The position numbers and the translations under genes are program-made. The notes under the pieces are model-generated. The model did no database searches and had not been told where the DNA came from. It saw only the letters and a program-made list of their open reading frames with translations. This document shows positions 40,427 through 42,829 of a DNA stretch of 42,829 nt, in pieces. Position 1 is the stretch's first letter; each line of letters begins with the position of its first letter. Source of the DNA: Candidatus Scalinduaceae bacterium (GTDB taxonomy: Bacteria; Planctomycetota; Brocadiia; Brocadiales; Scalinduaceae); contig JBHICG010000025.1 of NCBI GenBank assembly GCA_046759445.1, positions 1-42,829 of the forward strand. The letters are read 5' to 3'.

Positions 40427-40807
40427 ATCGATAACAAAGTTGTCACTATTGCAAGAAATCTAAGAAGAAGATCAACAAAAGAAGAAAGGTTTTTGTGGCG
40501 TTATTTAAGAGCGAAACAACTAGAAGGACTCAAATTCAGAAGACAACAACCGATAGGAAAGTATATAGTTGATTTTGTATGTTTTGAAAAACGCTTAATA
40601 ATAGAATTAGATGGAGGACAACATACAACAGAAATAGAAAGGAAAAAAGATTGCATTAGAGATAAATGGTTTACGGAACAGGGTTTCAAAGTGTTAAGAT
40701 TTTGGAATAACGACGTTTTTAAAAATATAAATGGAATATTAGAAGTAATTAGTAGCAAAAGTTTAAATCACCCTCCCCTATCCCCTCCCATCAAGGGAGG
40801 GGAATAA
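40427..40807 (+). CDS. DUF559 (Vsr-like) endonuclease domain protein, start codon uncertain
   Basis: ARNLRRRST.EE..LWRYLR, KFRRQQPIG.YIVDF, IELDGGQH, RD.WF..QGFKVLRFWN. The frame is open from 40409 but has no ATG/GTG/TTG before 40493; ATC at 40427. Confidence 0.82.
   Translation: MDNKVVTIARNLRRRSTKEERFLWRYLRAKQLEGLKFRRQQPIGKYIVDFVCFEKRLIIELDGGQHTTEIERKKDCIRDKWFTEQGFKVLRFWNNDVFKNINGILEVISSKSLNHPPLSPPIKGGE
40768..40805. repeat. Right GC-rich REP-like repeat flanking DUF559 gene
   Basis: tcaccctcccctatcccctcccatcaagggaggggaat; supplies the last codons (HPPLSPPIKGGE) of the ORF. Confidence 0.75.
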
Positions 40808-40856
40808 AGCTTACTACATTAAGTTAGGGCAATTAAGGTATATTCTGTATAATTAC

Positions 40857-41918
40857 ATGAAAATTCGTGGTGAATCATTAAAAAAGAGCTTAATCGGGAT
40901 AACTATGGGAGATCCATGTGGGATAGGTCCGGAGGTAATCCTTAAGGCATTATCACAAGATACGTTGGCTATGGCCGAATTTGTCGTAATCGGCTGTGAA
41001 AAGGTTTTTTGTGATGTTGCTGACAATCTTGGAATAAAAGAAGAAATTCAACTTTTACGACTTGATGATGCTTCTTTAAATACGGCTATGGAATCAGCAA
41101 ATGGTATAAATTTGTTAGACCTTGATAATATATCAATTCAAAATACATCATATCATAAACCCTCACCGGAATGTGGCAGGGCATCTGTTGAATACGTACT
41201 GGAGGGAACCAAGCTTGCAATGGAAGGAAAGATCGACGCACTCGTAACAGCCCCCATAAGCAAGGAAGCTATTAAGATAGCGGGTTTCGAATTTGTGGGT
41301 CATACAGAATTGTTAAAGGAAAAAACCTCTTCGGAAAATGTTGTTATGCTGATGGTAGGGAATGACCTCAGAGTTTCATTTATTACCACTCATCTAGCCA
41401 TTAAAAATGTCTCACGTTTTATAAATCAAGAAAGCGTTTTTTCTACTATATGTACAACTGCAACTGGACTAAGACAATATTTTAACATACATAAACCAAG
41501 AATTGCCGTTTGCGGTCTTAATCCTCACTGTGGCGATGGCAATCGTTTTGGTACAGAAGAAGAAGATATTATCATACCTGCAATAAAACGAGCGCAGAAA
41601 ATGGGAATTGATTGCATCGGACCTATATCAGCCGACATTGTGTTTAATAAGGCCGTTAATGGAGACTTTGACGTTGTGGTAGTACATTATCACGATCAGG
41701 GAACCATTCCAATTAAATTGCGTGCCTTCGATTCTGGAGTTAACATCACACTTGGCATACCCATTATCAGGACTTCACCCACACATGGCACCGCCTATGA
41801 CATTGCCGGCAAGGGTACTGCAAACCCTGGCTCAATGATTGAGGCCATAAAAATGGCTGTTATGATGGCAAAAGCAAGAAAATACTATAACGAACAAAAA
41901 ATGGAGACCTTAGTATGA
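40857..41918 (+). CDS. pdxA: 4-hydroxythreonine-4-phosphate dehydrogenase
   Basis: ITMGDPCGIGPE, TAPISK, GHTE, GLNPH, YHDQG, RTSPTHGTAYDIAG. Confidence 0.94.
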   Translation: MKIRGESLKKSLIGITMGDPCGIGPEVILKALSQDTLAMAEFVVIGCEKVFCDVADNLGIKEEIQLLRLDDASLNTAMESANGINLLDLDNISIQNTSYHKPSPECGRASVEYVLEGTKLAMEGKIDALVTAPISKEAIKIAGFEFVGHTELLKEKTSSENVVMLMVGNDLRVSFITTHLAIKNVSRFINQESVFSTICTTATGLRQYFNIHKPRIAVCGLNPHCGDGNRFGTEEEDIIIPAIKRAQKMGIDCIGPISADIVFNKAVNGDFDVVVVHYHDQGTIPIKLRAFDSGVNITLGIPIIRTSPTHGTAYDIAGKGTANPGSMIEAIKMAVMMAKARKYYNEQKMETLV

Positions 41919-42361
41919 AAAAGATATTAATTGCGTATTACAGTAGAACGGGTAAAACAGAGAAGATGGCAGAATATATTGCTGAAGGCATTCGCTTCAA
42001 CGGTAATAATGCCGAGATAAAAAAACTTTCAGTGATAAAAAACGAGAAAGAACTGGAAGGATACGATGGTTACGCCTTCGGTTGCCCCACTTACCATAGG
42101 GATATGACAGCGAATATGAAGACGTTTCTATTCTTAGTCGAAAAGGCAAAACTGGAAGGAAAGGCAGGTGGCGCTTTCGGCGCATACACCCACAGCGGCG
42201 ATGCTCCTAAATATATCTTTGATACCATGGAACATGTTTTCAAAATGGATATGACTCAATTGGGTTCATTTAACCTGAAAGAACATTTGATTGAAACAAG
42301 TGAGGGTATGCGGGCTTGTCAGGATTACGGCAAATCCATTGGTAAAATACTTGGCTCATAA
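41915..42361 (+). CDS. Flavodoxin-domain protein
   Basis: YYSRTGKTEKMA FMN loop, GCPTY, GAFG. Confidence 0.85.
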   Translation: MKKILIAYYSRTGKTEKMAEYIAEGIRFNGNNAEIKKLSVIKNEKELEGYDGYAFGCPTYHRDMTANMKTFLFLVEKAKLEGKAGGAFGAYTHSGDAPKYIFDTMEHVFKMDMTQLGSFNLKEHLIETSEGMRACQDYGKSIGKILGS

Positions 42362-42416
42362 CTTATTTAAATAGATAACATGTTTAATTTTTAATAAGTA
42401 AAAAGGAGAAAAAAAT

Positions 42417-42829
42417 ATGTCAACGATGGAAAATTTACAGAATGCCTTCGCAGGTGAATCTCAAGCCAACAGAAAGTACCTTGCCTTTGCCAAAAAGGCT
42501 GAGGAAGAAGGGTTTAAGCAGGTAGCAAAGCTCTTCCGCGCTGCAGCAGAGGCTGAAACCGTTCATGCCCACAAACATCTCAAGACAATGAGCGGTATAC
42601 ACAGTACGAAAGAAAATCTCCAGGAGGCCATAGAAGGAGAGATGCACGAGTTTACGAAGATGTACCCCGGGATGATTGAAAAGGCCAAGAAAGAAGGGAA
42701 CAAACAGGCCTTACAAAGTTTTGATTTTGCCAATAAGGTAGAGAGTATCCATGCAAGCCTTTATCAAAAGGCTCTGGACAACCTGGGCAATAATGAGCCT
42801 GTGGATTATTATGTCTGTCAGGTTTGTGG
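42417..42829 (+). CDS. rbr: Rubrerythrin (3' end outside window)
   Basis: Missing from the ORF track. MSTMENLQNAFAGESQANRKY..AEAETVHA..GEMHE..VESIHA..YYVCQVC; AGGAG RBS. Confidence 0.93.
   Translation, partial: MSTMENLQNAFAGESQANRKYLAFAKKAEEEGFKQVAKLFRAAAEAETVHAHKHLKTMSGIHSTKENLQEAIEGEMHEFTKMYPGMIEKAKKEGNKQALQSFDFANKVESIHASLYQKALDNLGNNEPVDYYVCQVC

Noticed and set aside
42435..42647. 70-aa minus-strand ORF
   Set aside because: Antisense to rubrerythrin.

Overview
AT-rich bacterial chromosome segment, most likely from an anammox planctomycete (Brocadiales, possibly Ca. Scalindua). This is inferred from a complete anammox-type ACP-FabZ-FabF-FabF(mutant)-FAD oxidoreductase-B12 radical SAM cluster (19719-26019), the known but mechanistically unresolved candidate ladderane-lipid cluster. 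Housekeeping genes include gyrA, a two-domain ndk, dnaE, kdsB, pyrG, proA, ftsB-like, eno, psd, riboflavin synthase, pdxA and a partial rubrerythrin, plus a sigma-54 two-component pair, an AAA+/VWA pair and a GlmL-like ATPase with an unknown partner. The least explained features are: (i) a small repeat-bounded island (about 32135-35353) with a PD-(D/E)xK nuclease-like gene, an HhH-GPD glycosylase-like gene and an MNT-HEPN pair, a candidate undescribed defence module; (ii) a ~190-nt self-complementary candidate ncRNA with its own sigma70-type promoter, back-to-back with the lipid cluster; (iii) two tandem half-ferritin genes; (iv) several families of MITE/REP-like and heptamer repeats and gene remnants. 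All calls come from motif reading only; no database searches were run.
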